Assembly: GCA_945861645.1 (NCBI GenBank)
Contig: CAMAVZ010000006.1
Location: 9,758-73,757, forward strand
Direction of reading: 5' to 3'
DNA from: Opitutus sp. GAS368
Lineage (GTDB): Bacteria > Verrucomicrobiota > Verrucomicrobiia > Opitutales > Opitutaceae
DNA: 64,000 bases
Both the position numbers and the translations under genes were made by a program. The notes beneath the pieces were generated by a model. It worked only from the letters and a program-made list of their open reading frames with translations, was not told the DNA's origin and searched no databases. Below, piece after piece: positions 10,395 through 20,080 of this stretch; within the stretch, counting starts at the first letter, position 1; every line of letters starts with the position of its first letter.

Positions 10395-11090
10395 ATGTTT
10401 ATCGAATATGATACCTTCCGCCAAAGAGCAGACGCTCTCATGCTTCGAATAACCGAGTGTTGTCGCGCGGCTGGACGCTCGCCGAACGAGGTCACCTTGT
10501 TGCCTGTGACTAAAAACCATCCGGTCACCGCCGCAGAATATGCGATCCGTTATGGACTTACCGCAGTGGGAGAAAATCGAGTCCAAGAAGCTATCCCAAA
10601 AATCATCGGCGTTGCACCCGCATTGCGCTGGGAGCTCATTGGCCATCTCCAATCCAATAAAGCCAAGCTAGCCGCGACTCATTTTGCCCGGATTCAGAGC
10701 GTTGATAGTGAAAAGCTCCTCGCCGCCCTCAACCGCGCCGCCGGGGAGCTCGGTAAAAAGCTGCCCGTGCTATTACAAATTAATGCCGGGCATGATCCGG
10801 CTAAATTTGGCGTCGAGCCAGCTGATGCGCCCCGCCTGCTCGAAGGCGCGATGGGGCAGCCCCACCTGCAAGTCGATGGACTCATGACCGTAGCCCCGTT
10901 GGCTGATGATGCCGACATTGCGCGGCGCACTTTTGCCAACCTGCGCAACCTACGCGATGAACTGGCCACCCGCTTCGGGACACCCCTGAGGGAACTATCG
11001 ATGGGCATGAGTGGCGATCTCACATCGGCGATTGCCGAAGGGAGTACGGTCGTTCGCGTCGGCACCGCCCTGTACGGCCCCCGAGAATAA
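10395..11090 (+). CDS. yggS: PLP homeostasis protein YggS
   Basis: VTK, GENRVQEA, IGHLQSNK, LSMGMSGD, VRVGTALYG. Confidence 0.95.
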   Translation: MFIEYDTFRQRADALMLRITECCRAAGRSPNEVTLLPVTKNHPVTAAEYAIRYGLTAVGENRVQEAIPKIIGVAPALRWELIGHLQSNKAKLAATHFARIQSVDSEKLLAALNRAAGELGKKLPVLLQINAGHDPAKFGVEPADAPRLLEGAMGQPHLQVDGLMTVAPLADDADIARRTFANLRNLRDELATRFGTPLRELSMGMSGDLTSAIAEGSTVVRVGTALYGPRE

Positions 11091-11154
11091 ATCCCGGGAA
11101 AACTTAAAATATTTCCCGATTGCGCCGCAGAGTACACCGACTTGGCTAATTTAC

Positions 11155-12024
11155 ATGGCAGCGCTGCCCTTCACAATCTCGCAAAAAGAAGCCCTGCCGC
11201 AATTGCTGGATGATTCTTCTCCAGTTGTGCAACAGGCCTTGCTGAAATTATTTTTAGCCCACGGCGACGAAAGCGTTGCGCTCTTGCGCACCGTCGCCAG
11301 CCAGCCCAACCAAACGCTTGCGGCCCATGCCGCCCACTATCTTGGTCAACTGAATTCTGCTGATCCAGTCGGTGATTTTCGCCGATTTATTCGCTCGCTG
11401 AATTATGAACTAGAAACCGGCGCCCTCCTTTTGAGTCGCACCGTTAATGCAGACCTCGATGTTGGTTCGTGCTGCACCCAATTAGATGCCCTCGCCGCAC
11501 GTTGCCGTGAGCTCATCACCGCCGCCAGCACCCCCCGCGAAAAATGCCGCGTGCTCAATCACGTGCTGCTGCAAGAATTTGGCTTACGCGGCAACACCGA
11601 GCATTATACGGATCCGCTCAACAGCTTTCTCGATCAAGTGCTCATCCGGCGCAAAGGTCTGCCCTTATCACTGTCCATCGTATACCTGCTCATCGCTGAG
11701 CGGATCGGCCTGCCCCTCGAGCCCGTCGCCTTACCGGGTCATTTTATTGTCGGCTGTTACGAAGAAACCCCGCCCTTCTTTCTCGATCCTTTTCATGCCG
11801 GTGTTTTTTTGAGCGCGCCGGAAGTTCTTTTACTGGCTCGCCTGAATGACAACGAGCCCACCTTAGCCGACTTGGCCCCCACGCCAGTGCGCGAGGTGCT
11901 TTGCCGCTGCTGCCGCAACCTCGCCCACCACTACGCGGCCAGCGAGCAACTCGCGCCCGCCCGCCTCTTCGCTGACTTTGTCGCGGAATTTGAATCGACC
12001 CACGAACGCCAAGCGCAGCCGTAA
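11155..12024 (+). CDS. SirB1 / transglutaminase-like protein
   Basis: GNTEHYxDPxNSFLDQVLxRRKGLPLSLS, LPGHF, LDPF; ATG 11155 preferred. Confidence 0.85.
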   Translation: MAALPFTISQKEALPQLLDDSSPVVQQALLKLFLAHGDESVALLRTVASQPNQTLAAHAAHYLGQLNSADPVGDFRRFIRSLNYELETGALLLSRTVNADLDVGSCCTQLDALAARCRELITAASTPREKCRVLNHVLLQEFGLRGNTEHYTDPLNSFLDQVLIRRKGLPLSLSIVYLLIAERIGLPLEPVALPGHFIVGCYEETPPFFLDPFHAGVFLSAPEVLLLARLNDNEPTLADLAPTPVREVLCRCCRNLAHHYAASEQLAPARLFADFVAEFESTHERQAQP

Positions 12025-12071
12025 AATCGGGCTCGTTCTCCTCCCGTCAGTGAGCTTTGCTAGGTTTGTCC

Positions 12072-12980
12072 ATGAGCCCCGCCCCTGAGCCTATTCATAC
12101 CCTCGCCGATCTGGAACAATGGTCGTTCGCGGGTACGGCTCTGGCGGTCATCGGCCGGCCGATCGCGCACTCCCTCAGCCCAGCCATGCACAACGCGGCC
12201 TTAGCGCAATTGACCAAAACGCAGCCCCGCTTCTGCGATTGGCATTACTTTAAATTTGATATCGCGCCGGAAACTTTGCCCCGGGCTCTGACCTTGTTTC
12301 ATCAGAAAAAATTTTACGGCCTGAATTTAACCGTCCCGCATAAAGCCCTCGTCATTGATCAGCTTGAATCGAGCGATGACTTTGTCCGCGCAGCCGGAGC
12401 AGCTAACACGCTCACCGCCACACCCACTGGCTGGCGCGGGGCCAACACGGATGGCTTTGGCTTAGCCGCCGCCTTGCAACAGGATTTGCGAGTCACTCTT
12501 GCCGGCGCGCCCATCATTTTACTTGGCGCAGGCGGCGCCGCGCGCGCCGCCGCGGCCGAAAGTTTGCGCCAAGGCTGTGCTTCGCTCTGGATCGGCAACC
12601 GCACCTCCGCAACTTTAGACAAACTACTCACAGAGTTAGTACGCCCCGATCAATTAATCCCTGTCCGAGGTTTTGATCTGGCCGCCCCGCCCGCCACTCT
12701 ACCCGCCGGCGCTGTTGTCATTAACGCCACTGCCTTGGGCTTAGCCCCCAGCGATGCCGCCCCCATCAACTTGCATAAAATCCCCCGACCAGCGGCCGTG
12801 TTCGACATGATCTACCGCCCACCGCAAACCGCACTTTTACGCCAAGCGGCTGAGCTAGGTCTAGCGCACACCAACGGACTCGCCATGCTCGTCCATCAAG
12901 GCGCCCGCGCCCTTGAGCGCTGGACGCAAGGCGCTGTCCCGACGACCACCATGCAAGCGGCGCTCAGCGCGGCCCAATGA
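12072..12980 (+). CDS. aroE: Shikimate dehydrogenase
   Basis: HSLSPAMHN, NLTVPHK, NTDG, GAGGAARA, GLAMLVHQG. Confidence 0.95.
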   Translation: MSPAPEPIHTLADLEQWSFAGTALAVIGRPIAHSLSPAMHNAALAQLTKTQPRFCDWHYFKFDIAPETLPRALTLFHQKKFYGLNLTVPHKALVIDQLESSDDFVRAAGAANTLTATPTGWRGANTDGFGLAAALQQDLRVTLAGAPIILLGAGGAARAAAAESLRQGCASLWIGNRTSATLDKLLTELVRPDQLIPVRGFDLAAPPATLPAGAVVINATALGLAPSDAAPINLHKIPRPAAVFDMIYRPPQTALLRQAAELGLAHTNGLAMLVHQGARALERWTQGAVPTTTMQAALSAAQ

Positions 12981-13891
12981 TTATGTCATCCTTGACTGAG
13001 ATCGCCCACCTCTTTCCCTGGTTTTTCCCGCTCGCCGTCACGCTGTTTGGTGCATGCATCGGTAGCTTTCTTAACGTCTGCATCTATCGCATCCCCCAGA
13101 ATGAATCGATCGTGCAACCCGGCTCCCACTGTGGCTGCGGTCAGCCAATTGCTTGGTATGATAATATCCCCGTGTTCAGCTGGTTCCTGCTGCGCGGCCG
13201 CGCCCGCTGCTGCCGCCGGCCTTTTAGCTTCCGTTACCCCGCAATCGAATTGCTCACGGCCGCGCTTTTCCTCGCCTGCTGGGTCCAGTTCTCTCCCGCC
13301 AAAGCCCTCGTGGGGATGGGGCTCTGTGCGATGGTCATCTGTGCATGGTTTATTGATCTCGATCACTTAATCATTCCCGACGTCTTTACCATTGGCGGGG
13401 CGGCCACCGGGCTTATTTTATCGTGCGCGGTTCCCGCTTTACATGGCCACAGCCACCCCCTGTTCGCCGTGGCTAGCCTACAAGCCGGCCGCTCCGCGAT
13501 ACTCGGTTTGTTCATTGGCTCTGCTCTCGTTTTGTGGATCGCGCTTTTTGCTGAAGCTATTTTGCGCAAAGAAGCGATGGGCTTTGGTGATGTAAAATAT
13601 TTAGGCGCCCTTGGCACTTTTATTGGCTGGCAAGGCGCGGTGTTCAGCTTGTTTGGCGGGGCCCTCCTCGGCTGTGGCTGGCTCGCGGGAACTTATTTGT
13701 GGAAAAAAATATCAGGCCGAGCACCCGCTCTCGGCCTACCCGCCACGTCCGCCTCCGGACAACCGGCGGAAATCACGCTCGGGGTCCACGTGCCGTTTGG
13801 CCCCATGCTCGGGGTGGCGGCACTGATCTATTTTTTCGGGGCCCAGCACTGGGTGAACGCCTACTTTGATAATCTCGCCTTTCTATTCTGA
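12977..13891 (+). CDS. pilD: Prepilin peptidase (A24)
   Basis: GSFLNVCIYRIP, Cys pairs, IDLDH, MGFGDVK, VPFGP. Confidence 0.93.
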   Translation: MIMSSLTEIAHLFPWFFPLAVTLFGACIGSFLNVCIYRIPQNESIVQPGSHCGCGQPIAWYDNIPVFSWFLLRGRARCCRRPFSFRYPAIELLTAALFLACWVQFSPAKALVGMGLCAMVICAWFIDLDHLIIPDVFTIGGAATGLILSCAVPALHGHSHPLFAVASLQAGRSAILGLFIGSALVLWIALFAEAILRKEAMGFGDVKYLGALGTFIGWQGAVFSLFGGALLGCGWLAGTYLWKKISGRAPALGLPATSASGQPAEITLGVHVPFGPMLGVAALIYFFGAQHWVNAYFDNLAFLF

Positions 13892-14125
13892 GGGCGGACT
13901 GGCCGCGGCGGGGGGCTGAAATTCTGGCGATACTTTGCCCGCTTGCCCCTGCGCCATAAGATTAAGGAGATAAGCCAAAGCTTGCTCCCGCGACAACCCG
14001 CGTTCGCTCATCAATTGCTCGGCCCGCTTTAACAATTGCCGCGCCATCGCCTCGGCGACAGCCGGTGGAGCGCCCCAACGGAGGCAAAGTTTTGCTAAAG
14101 CGGCGAGCTCACTCATGCGCACCAA
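13883..14125 (-). CDS. Small hypothetical protein
   Basis: Overlaps/coupled to the end of ygfZ; helical AMARQLLKRAEQL; likely start ATG 14116. Confidence 0.6.
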   Translation of the reverse strand: MVRMSELAALAKLCLRWGAPPAVAEAMARQLLKRAEQLMSERGLSREQALAYLLNLMAQGQAGKVSPEFQPPAAASPPSE

Positions 14126-15035
14126 GCCAAATTGTTGCCGGCCCCGTGGGCGTTAGTCCCAAGCCCGCCCGCGCATTCAAATTGATTAAAGCAAGCATGG
14201 CCAAGGCAACGAAGCCTTCTTGATGCTGCGCGATTGAGCGCAGCTCCCCTATTTTTTTCCCGCCTTGATAAAGGACCGCTAAGCGCGCAGGCGGCGCACC
14301 TCGACCTCGCACCACGTGCAATCGTCGGCGCACTTGGCCTAAATTTTTTAACCGCGCCATAACTTCCTGTCCCAGATAGCAGCCTTTATTGTAAGCAATC
14401 ACGCCTACCTCCAAGCCTCCTTCCTGGGGCAAATCGGTTGGACCTAAATCGTCGGGGATTGCCGGCACGCCGGCAGCAATGCGCGCCCAATCCCACGCCA
14501 ACTCACTTCCCTCGACCCACCCACGAGCGACCCATTGGTCGCACCAACTCGCCAGCGATTTTTGCGGGCCGATTATAGTGTAATTTTCAAACGGTAGTTG
14601 GCCCCCCGGAACGACAAATAAATCTCCCCGCTGAATAAATTGGCCGACCCTCAGCTCACTTTTGACGAAATCCTTAATGAGAGCTCCGCACCCCGCCCCG
14701 CTGATGATCAGGCGATCGTAAGAAATAGTCTCGTCGCTCAAATTAACCTCATCGGCCACCAGATAATCCTGCAGGCGCTGCTGGATCACGCTCGCCAGCG
14801 AATGGTTACTGAATGCTAAAAATTCATTCTCGGCGATTCTCAGCAGCACGCTATCTGCCACTACCTTGCCTTTTTGATTAAGCCATAACCCATAAGTCGC
14901 CCCGCCCACCGGCGTTCGCAAATCATTGCTGAATTGACCCTGTAAGAAGGAAAAAGCGTCCTCTCCTGTGATTTTAAACACCGCTTTTGCCTTACTATTG
15001 CAAAAAAAATTACTGCCTGTAATCATTTGTAACAT
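14109..15035 (-). CDS. ygfZ: Folate-binding protein YgfZ/GcvT-like
   Basis: GEDAFSFLQGQFSND and signature KGCYLGQE. Confidence 0.92.
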   Translation of the reverse strand: MLQMITGSNFFCNSKAKAVFKITGEDAFSFLQGQFSNDLRTPVGGATYGLWLNQKGKVVADSVLLRIAENEFLAFSNHSLASVIQQRLQDYLVADEVNLSDETISYDRLIISGAGCGALIKDFVKSELRVGQFIQRGDLFVVPGGQLPFENYTIIGPQKSLASWCDQWVARGWVEGSELAWDWARIAAGVPAIPDDLGPTDLPQEGGLEVGVIAYNKGCYLGQEVMARLKNLGQVRRRLHVVRGRGAPPARLAVLYQGGKKIGELRSIAQHQEGFVALAMLALINLNARAGLGLTPTGPATIWLGAHE

Positions 15036-15144
15036 ATCTTAAGTAACTATATAATAACAGATAGCACAGGATTTAAAAAACTTATAATCTTTTAGTTGAC
15101 GGAATTATGAAACTAAACATTCGTAACGCCGTCAAGTAACACTT

Positions 15145-15217
15145 CTCCCCGCCTAGCGGGGAGTTTTGGGGTAACTAAGAAAGCAACGGCCGGTCGCTTA
15201 GGGGTAGGCGACCGGCC
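15145..15217 (+). promoter_or_regulatory. Two strong hairpins upstream of DAHP synthase (putative leader/terminators)
   Basis: CTCCCCGC-CTA-GCGGGGAG-TTTT (15145-15167) and GGCCGGTCGCTTA-GGGG-TAGGCGACCGGCC (15188-15217). Confidence 0.5.
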
Positions 15218-15291
15218 AATTCTTGGCCCGAATTCTTAGCACACAGCGAGAACTTGATCAAGGGCCCTGGTCCGCCCCAAGCTCAGCGTTC

Positions 15292-16347
15292 ATGCAGAAA
15301 ACTTCCGACATCAATGTGGTCGAAACTCGGGCGCTGCCCTCTCCCGCCGCGCTCTTAGCCGAGTTACCAAAAACTGAGGCGCAGGCTGAATTTGTGACGC
15401 GCACCCGCCGCGAGATTCATCGCTTAATCTTCACCGATGATCACCGGTTCCTGCTGATTATTGGGCCGTGCTCAATCCACGACCTTGAAGCTGGTCGGGC
15501 TTACGCTCGCCAGTTAGCCGCGCTAAAAAATGAAGTCGCCGATCGTGTGCTCGTAGTCATGCGGGTTTATTTTGAAAAACCCCGCACCACGGTGGGCTGG
15601 AAGGGGCTCGTGATGGATCCCCACTTGGATGGTTCCCATGACATCGCCACGGGCCTACGCCTCGCGCGGACTTTTTTACGTGATGTCCTCGATCTCGGTT
15701 TAGCTACCGCCACCGAACTGCTTGATCCGATTACGCCGCAATACATCGCCGATCTTATTTGTTGGTCGGCCATTGGCGCGCGTACCGCTGAATCACAAAC
15801 GCATCGACAAATGGCCTCTGGCCTCTCGATGCCGCTCGGTTTTAAAAATGGCACCGATGGTTCGATCGCAACCGCCATCAATGCGATTAAGGCCGCCAGC
15901 CAACCGCACACTTTCCTCGGCATCAACCTCGATGGCTCGGCCTCCGCGATCGTCACGCGGGGCAACCCCGACTGCCATGTCGTCCTGCGCGGTGGCGCCA
16001 CTGGACCCAATTACTCACCCGCCCATATCACCCAAACTGAGCAATTGCTCACCAAGGCCGGCCTCCGCCAAGCCATTTTGGTTGATTGCTCCCACGATAA
16101 TTCGGCCAAGCAACCCGAGCGCCAGCCTGAGGTGATGCGCGAATTACTAACGCAACTGCAGGCGGGCAATACTTCGATCATCGGCGCGATGATCGAAAGC
16201 AACCTCGGCGCAGGCAGTCAGTCCTTTCCTCAACCTAAAAACCAATTACGTTACGGCGTCTCTATTACCGATGCGTGCATCGACTGGGCGACTAGCGAAA
16301 AATTGGTCCGCGAAATCCACGCGGCGCTCGCCCCTCGCTTCCCGTAA
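15292..16347 (+). CDS. 3-deoxy-7-phosphoheptulonate (DAHP) synthase, type I-alpha
   Basis: IGPCSIHD, RVYFEKPRTTVGWKG, IGARTAESQTHR, DCSH, YGVSITDAC; ATG 15292. Confidence 0.96.
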   Translation: MQKTSDINVVETRALPSPAALLAELPKTEAQAEFVTRTRREIHRLIFTDDHRFLLIIGPCSIHDLEAGRAYARQLAALKNEVADRVLVVMRVYFEKPRTTVGWKGLVMDPHLDGSHDIATGLRLARTFLRDVLDLGLATATELLDPITPQYIADLICWSAIGARTAESQTHRQMASGLSMPLGFKNGTDGSIATAINAIKAASQPHTFLGINLDGSASAIVTRGNPDCHVVLRGGATGPNYSPAHITQTEQLLTKAGLRQAILVDCSHDNSAKQPERQPEVMRELLTQLQAGNTSIIGAMIESNLGAGSQSFPQPKNQLRYGVSITDACIDWATSEKLVREIHAALAPRFP

Positions 16348-16462
16348 TCGGCCGCGCTCGAAAATTAGCTGCGCTGTCGACGACAACTGCTTCCGCTTAA
16401 TCTTTCTCCCGAGTCTATTTCAACCGTGCGCTCAACGCTCCCATTGCTAAGTTAATCACTTT

Positions 16463-17446
16463 ATGAAAACCCCCATTCGTGTCGCCGTGACTGGCGCTGC
16501 CGGCCAGATCGGTTATTCGCTGCTGTTTCGGATCGCCTCCGGGGCGATGTTTGGACCGGACCAGCCCGTTATTCTTCAGCTCATCGAGGCGCCCATTGAA
16601 AAAGCGCTAAAAGCGCTCGAGGGCGTCGCGATGGAACTCGATGACTGCGCTTTCCCTTTGCTGAAGGGCATCGTGCAAACTTCTGACCCGGCCGTCGGCT
16701 TCAAGGATGCTAACTGGTGCCTACTCGTCGGCGCCAAGCCCCGCGGCCCCGGCATGGAGCGCGCGGATCTTCTCAAGGACAACGGCAAGATTTTCATCGG
16801 TCAGGGCCAGGTGATAGACGCCGTCGCGGCGGCCGATGCCCGCATCGCCGTCGTCGGCAATCCGGCCAACACGAATTGCATGATCGCCGCGAGTCAGGCC
16901 CAGCGCCTCCCCGCGGAGCGCTTCACCGCCATGGTCCGCCTCGATCAAAATCGCGCCCAAACCCAGCTGGCGAAAAAAGCCGGCGTCGATCTTACTGCCG
17001 TCAAAGATATTTTCATCTACGGCAATCACAGTCCTACGATGTTCCCAGCCTATGCCCACGCCACCATCGGTGGCCAGCCGGCGACCGCCGTGATCACGGA
17101 TACCGCCTGGCTGCAGGGCCCGTTCTGCGAGACGGTCGGCAAACGCGGCGCCGCCATCATCGCCGCCCGCGGCCTTTCCTCCGCCGCCTCCGCCGCGAAT
17201 GCACTCGTCGATCACGTGCGCTCCCTCGTCACCCCTGGCGCAATCCACTCGATCGCGGTAAAGAGCGAGGGGCGCTACGGTTTTGACGCCAATGTCTGGG
17301 CCGGCATGCCCGTTCGCACCACGACCGCCGGTAGCTATGAAGTGATTACCGGTTACGCGATGGATGCTTTTGCTCAATCGAAGATTGCCGCGACCAATAA
17401 GGAGCTCGCCGAAGAGCGTGCCTTTGTCGCCGATATGATTGCCTAA
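16463..17446 (+). CDS. mdh: Malate dehydrogenase
   Basis: [34 protein letters not shown]. Confidence 0.97.
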   Translation: MKTPIRVAVTGAAGQIGYSLLFRIASGAMFGPDQPVILQLIEAPIEKALKALEGVAMELDDCAFPLLKGIVQTSDPAVGFKDANWCLLVGAKPRGPGMERADLLKDNGKIFIGQGQVIDAVAAADARIAVVGNPANTNCMIAASQAQRLPAERFTAMVRLDQNRAQTQLAKKAGVDLTAVKDIFIYGNHSPTMFPAYAHATIGGQPATAVITDTAWLQGPFCETVGKRGAAIIAARGLSSAASAANALVDHVRSLVTPGAIHSIAVKSEGRYGFDANVWAGMPVRTTTAGSYEVITGYAMDAFAQSKIAATNKELAEERAFVADMIA

Positions 17447-17479
17447 AGCAGCCCGCTCACTCAAACGGTCAAACTTGCG

Positions 17480-17506
17480 GCGGCGGCTAATCACCGCCGC
17501 TTTTTT
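17480..17506 (+). terminator. Intrinsic terminator of mdh
   Basis: GCGGCGG-CTAATCA-CCGCCGC-TTTTTT. Confidence 0.8.
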
Positions 17507-17508
17507 AT

Positions 17509-18213
17509 TTATAACAAACCGGCCAACACCCGATTTTTAGTCAGCGCAAAAGCCGCGCGCACCGCGATAAAGGCCGTCACTAATTCAGCCGGCGCGCCCG
17601 ACCGGGAAAAACGCAATTCCAGCGTAGCTCCATCACAAATTACTTCTGCTGCGACCTGCTCAACCGAGAGCACACAGTGCCGACAATCCGAGGGATAGTG
17701 AACCGTGAGCCCGCCCTCACCCGCACTTGCCTCGACCGCATCGATCACCGCTTCGACGGAAACATTCTTCGTTAAGGTGAACAGGATCCCCCCAAACATT
17801 CCCGCAAACACTTCATTAAATTCCGCGAGTTCCACGAAGTGGCCGCTCGCCAGACTATGCAAAGTGCGAGTCAGACAATAGCTCGAAGGTGATTCCGCCT
17901 CGAGCGCATAGGTCAGCTCCCAGGTGAAATCTTTCGCTGATAATACGGCCGTGGGACTCGTGATCGCTAACGTCAGATCGGCCCGTTTGTAGTTGAGCGC
18001 TACTTTCGTGCGTTGAAAAAGCAGCTCCGCTTCAGCGGTTAATTCACTGAGGCAAAGCTTCCCCAGAAATGCGCTGGTGGCTGCATTCGCTGCATCCGGC
18101 ACGGTGTGGTGCTTTTTTTTAAAGCCCGTCAAATTTTTGACCAACCCCTGACTGCGGCCGACGAAACTAATGCGGGCGACGAATTGAGCGGAGGGATCGG
18201 CCGACTTTGCCAT
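17509..18213 (-). CDS. Hypothetical protein
   Basis: Long ORF filling the gap between mdh and the NUDIX gene; ATG 18213 preferred; no recognised motif. Confidence 0.7.
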   Translation of the reverse strand: MAKSADPSAQFVARISFVGRSQGLVKNLTGFKKKHHTVPDAANAATSAFLGKLCLSELTAEAELLFQRTKVALNYKRADLTLAITSPTAVLSAKDFTWELTYALEAESPSSYCLTRTLHSLASGHFVELAEFNEVFAGMFGGILFTLTKNVSVEAVIDAVEASAGEGGLTVHYPSDCRHCVLSVEQVAAEVICDGATLELRFSRSGAPAELVTAFIAVRAAFALTKNRVLAGLL

Positions 18214-18323
18214 CCCGAGATGGAGGCAGGCTCTCCGCTGTGATGCAAGAAGCGGCACAATATTTTAACTAAAAAAAGCTGCCCATTGGGCTACCGCCAC
18301 CAACACTCAGGCCACCTAATCGC

Positions 18324-18728
18324 ATGACTGCCTCGTCGCCCATTCCTGTTGTTTGCGCCCTCGTCAAAAAAAATGGGCGGCTACTCATCGCCCAACGACC
18401 AGCCCATAAACATCTCCCCAACAAATGGGAGTTTCCCGGCGGAAAAGTTGAAGCCGGCGAAGCCGCCGCCGCCGCCATTATTCGCGAAATCCAGGAAGAA
18501 CTCGGTTGCCAAATCACCGAGCTCCAACCGTTGCCCACTTTTTTGCACGACTACCAAACCGTGGTCATCAAAATGATCCCCTTTGTCTGCGTCCTCCATC
18601 CTGACTCGCCAGCGCCGCAGCCGCATGAACATCAAGCGCTCGCTTGGGTTACGCCGATGGAGCTACGCAGTTATGATTTAGCTGCGGCTGATTGGCCGGT
18701 GCTCGCGAGTTACGAGCAGATGATCTGA
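18324..18728 (+). CDS. MutT/NudG-like NUDIX hydrolase
   Basis: WEFPGGKVEAGE-x7-REIQEELG Nudix box. Confidence 0.92.
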   Translation: MTASSPIPVVCALVKKNGRLLIAQRPAHKHLPNKWEFPGGKVEAGEAAAAAIIREIQEELGCQITELQPLPTFLHDYQTVVIKMIPFVCVLHPDSPAPQPHEHQALAWVTPMELRSYDLAAADWPVLASYEQMI

Positions 18729-18917
18729 CCCGTCTTTTAGCGTCTTAGCGCCGGCCGCGGACAGCTTGCATTCGAGCAACATTGTGGCACGTTGCCGGTC
18801 CTTCCTCGACTTGCCCGGCATGCTGGGCCCGCCGGGCGAATCATGTTCTTTGACGGTGTGCTCCACAAAATGGTCTCCTGCACTTGTACTTCGTTACCAG
18901 ACCCTTGATTTTTTCAT

Positions 18918-19273
18918 GGGGGTGTTCCGGATTCGACCCTTGGTTAGAGCGCGCAGCTGCCTGTCGAGAGCGAAGGACTCTCGTTAATCCCCCTTCAAAA
19001 CAAACAAACGGCACATTCGAAGAAATGCCTCTGGCTGCCTAAAAATTGCAGCCATGTTCTTACCCTGACACCTGCTAGGGGATAAGAGCATCGACAGCAG
19101 GAATAACGGTGACGGCCGTCGTGACGTCGCCGTGGTATCTTCAAACCATGACTGGCCGAGGGAGGAGCGTGCGTCATCGCGCCCCTGAGGTGAGATCCAA
19201 TCAGACGCTACACAGGTAGATGCGGCGCGTGAAGGCCAGGGACACAGGGGTTCAACTCCCCTCACCTCCACCA
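18918..19273 (+). ncRNA. ssrA: tmRNA
   Basis: 5' GGGGGTG..GGATTCGAC, 3' T-arm GGGTTCAACTCCC and CACCTCC-ACCA acceptor with G:U; tag ORF 19010-19042 GTFEEMPLAA*; 356 nt. Confidence 0.95.
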
Positions 19274-19306
19274 TTTTATTAGTTCAGCATGACATTGACG
19301 ATGGCG
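19251..19306 (+). repeat. attL: 56-bp direct repeat copy 1
   Basis: TTCAACTCCCCTCACCTCCACCATTTTATTAGTTCAGCATGACATTGACGATGGCG, identical to 31686-31741. Confidence 0.95.
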
Positions 19307-19864
19307 CCTGTCCCTCAGTAAGCCCCATGCCTCCGCTGGAGCTAAACAACCGCTTCCATCCCGAGGGTGCTCACTCTACAAAAATCTGACGCTAACCAAT
19401 ATCCTCCATTCCCCAGCTGGAGCTAAGTTGCGGCTTCCGGGACCAGTGGCCGGATAGTAAAAAAAAGGGCCATAGAGTTAAGGTTTCTGTAATTGGCCCC
19501 GTTCTGAATCTCTACTGGGCGACAGTTTAGTGTCTGGCGCGGTTGCCCGCCGTTGTCACGGAATGACCGCAGATGCTTTCCTCCCCGCTATGCGGGGCAA
19601 GCGTTTTCAAAGCTCCGGCTGCATCCCCCATTCATTGATGGCATGCTTCACACCCGGGAATTATTACATTGGAGCGACACCCGATTAAGCGGTTTTTTTC
19701 GTGTCCATGATCTGACCGTTAGCCCAAGGGAAAGCACCGGTGTCTGCGAGGCCGGCCTAACTACACCCGACCGAGCCTGACTCGTTCGCTCGCCGACACC
19801 GACCGGATTTCTTGTGGGCTTCGGTCGATTAAGAGGCGTTTCGTTAAGCCCCCAGTTACGGACT

Positions 19865-20080
19865 ATTTTTCTCCCGTGATAACCCGAAAATGCCCCAGCT
19901 GCGTCTCTGTTCGGTGCGACCCAACACCTACTTCTACCCTCTCCGCAACCTTACACCCCGCACGATCATCTCCTCGCTTTGAACCACCCGATCATCACCA
20001 AAGTAGCCTGGCGGCTAATGCCGACCATCGTCTTGTGCTATTTTTTCGCCTACTTTGATCGCATCAATATCAGCTTCGCC
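19865..20080 (+). repeat. Inverted repeat, left copy (216 bp)
   Basis: Aligns to the reverse complement of 31395-31577 with scattered substitutions and one 33-bp indel. Confidence 0.92.
19878..19906 (+). promoter_or_regulatory. Putative ECF promoter copy 1
   Basis: GATAACC-CGAAAATGCCCCAGCTG-CGTCT (TAACC-N17-CGTCT). Confidence 0.65.

Noticed and set aside
16717-17494. Long overlapping or antisense ORFs over mdh (and similar ones over phoD, SLC13, fecR, rbsB)
   Set aside because: Typical shadow ORFs of high-GC codon bias, with no protein motifs
18984-19274. 96-aa minus-strand ORF (MVEVRGVEPL...)
   Set aside because: Antisense shadow of the tmRNA
19307-19864. Possible integrase remnant; ORF 19553-19780
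   Set aside because: No tyrosine- or serine-recombinase motif recognisable; left as non-coding or decayed
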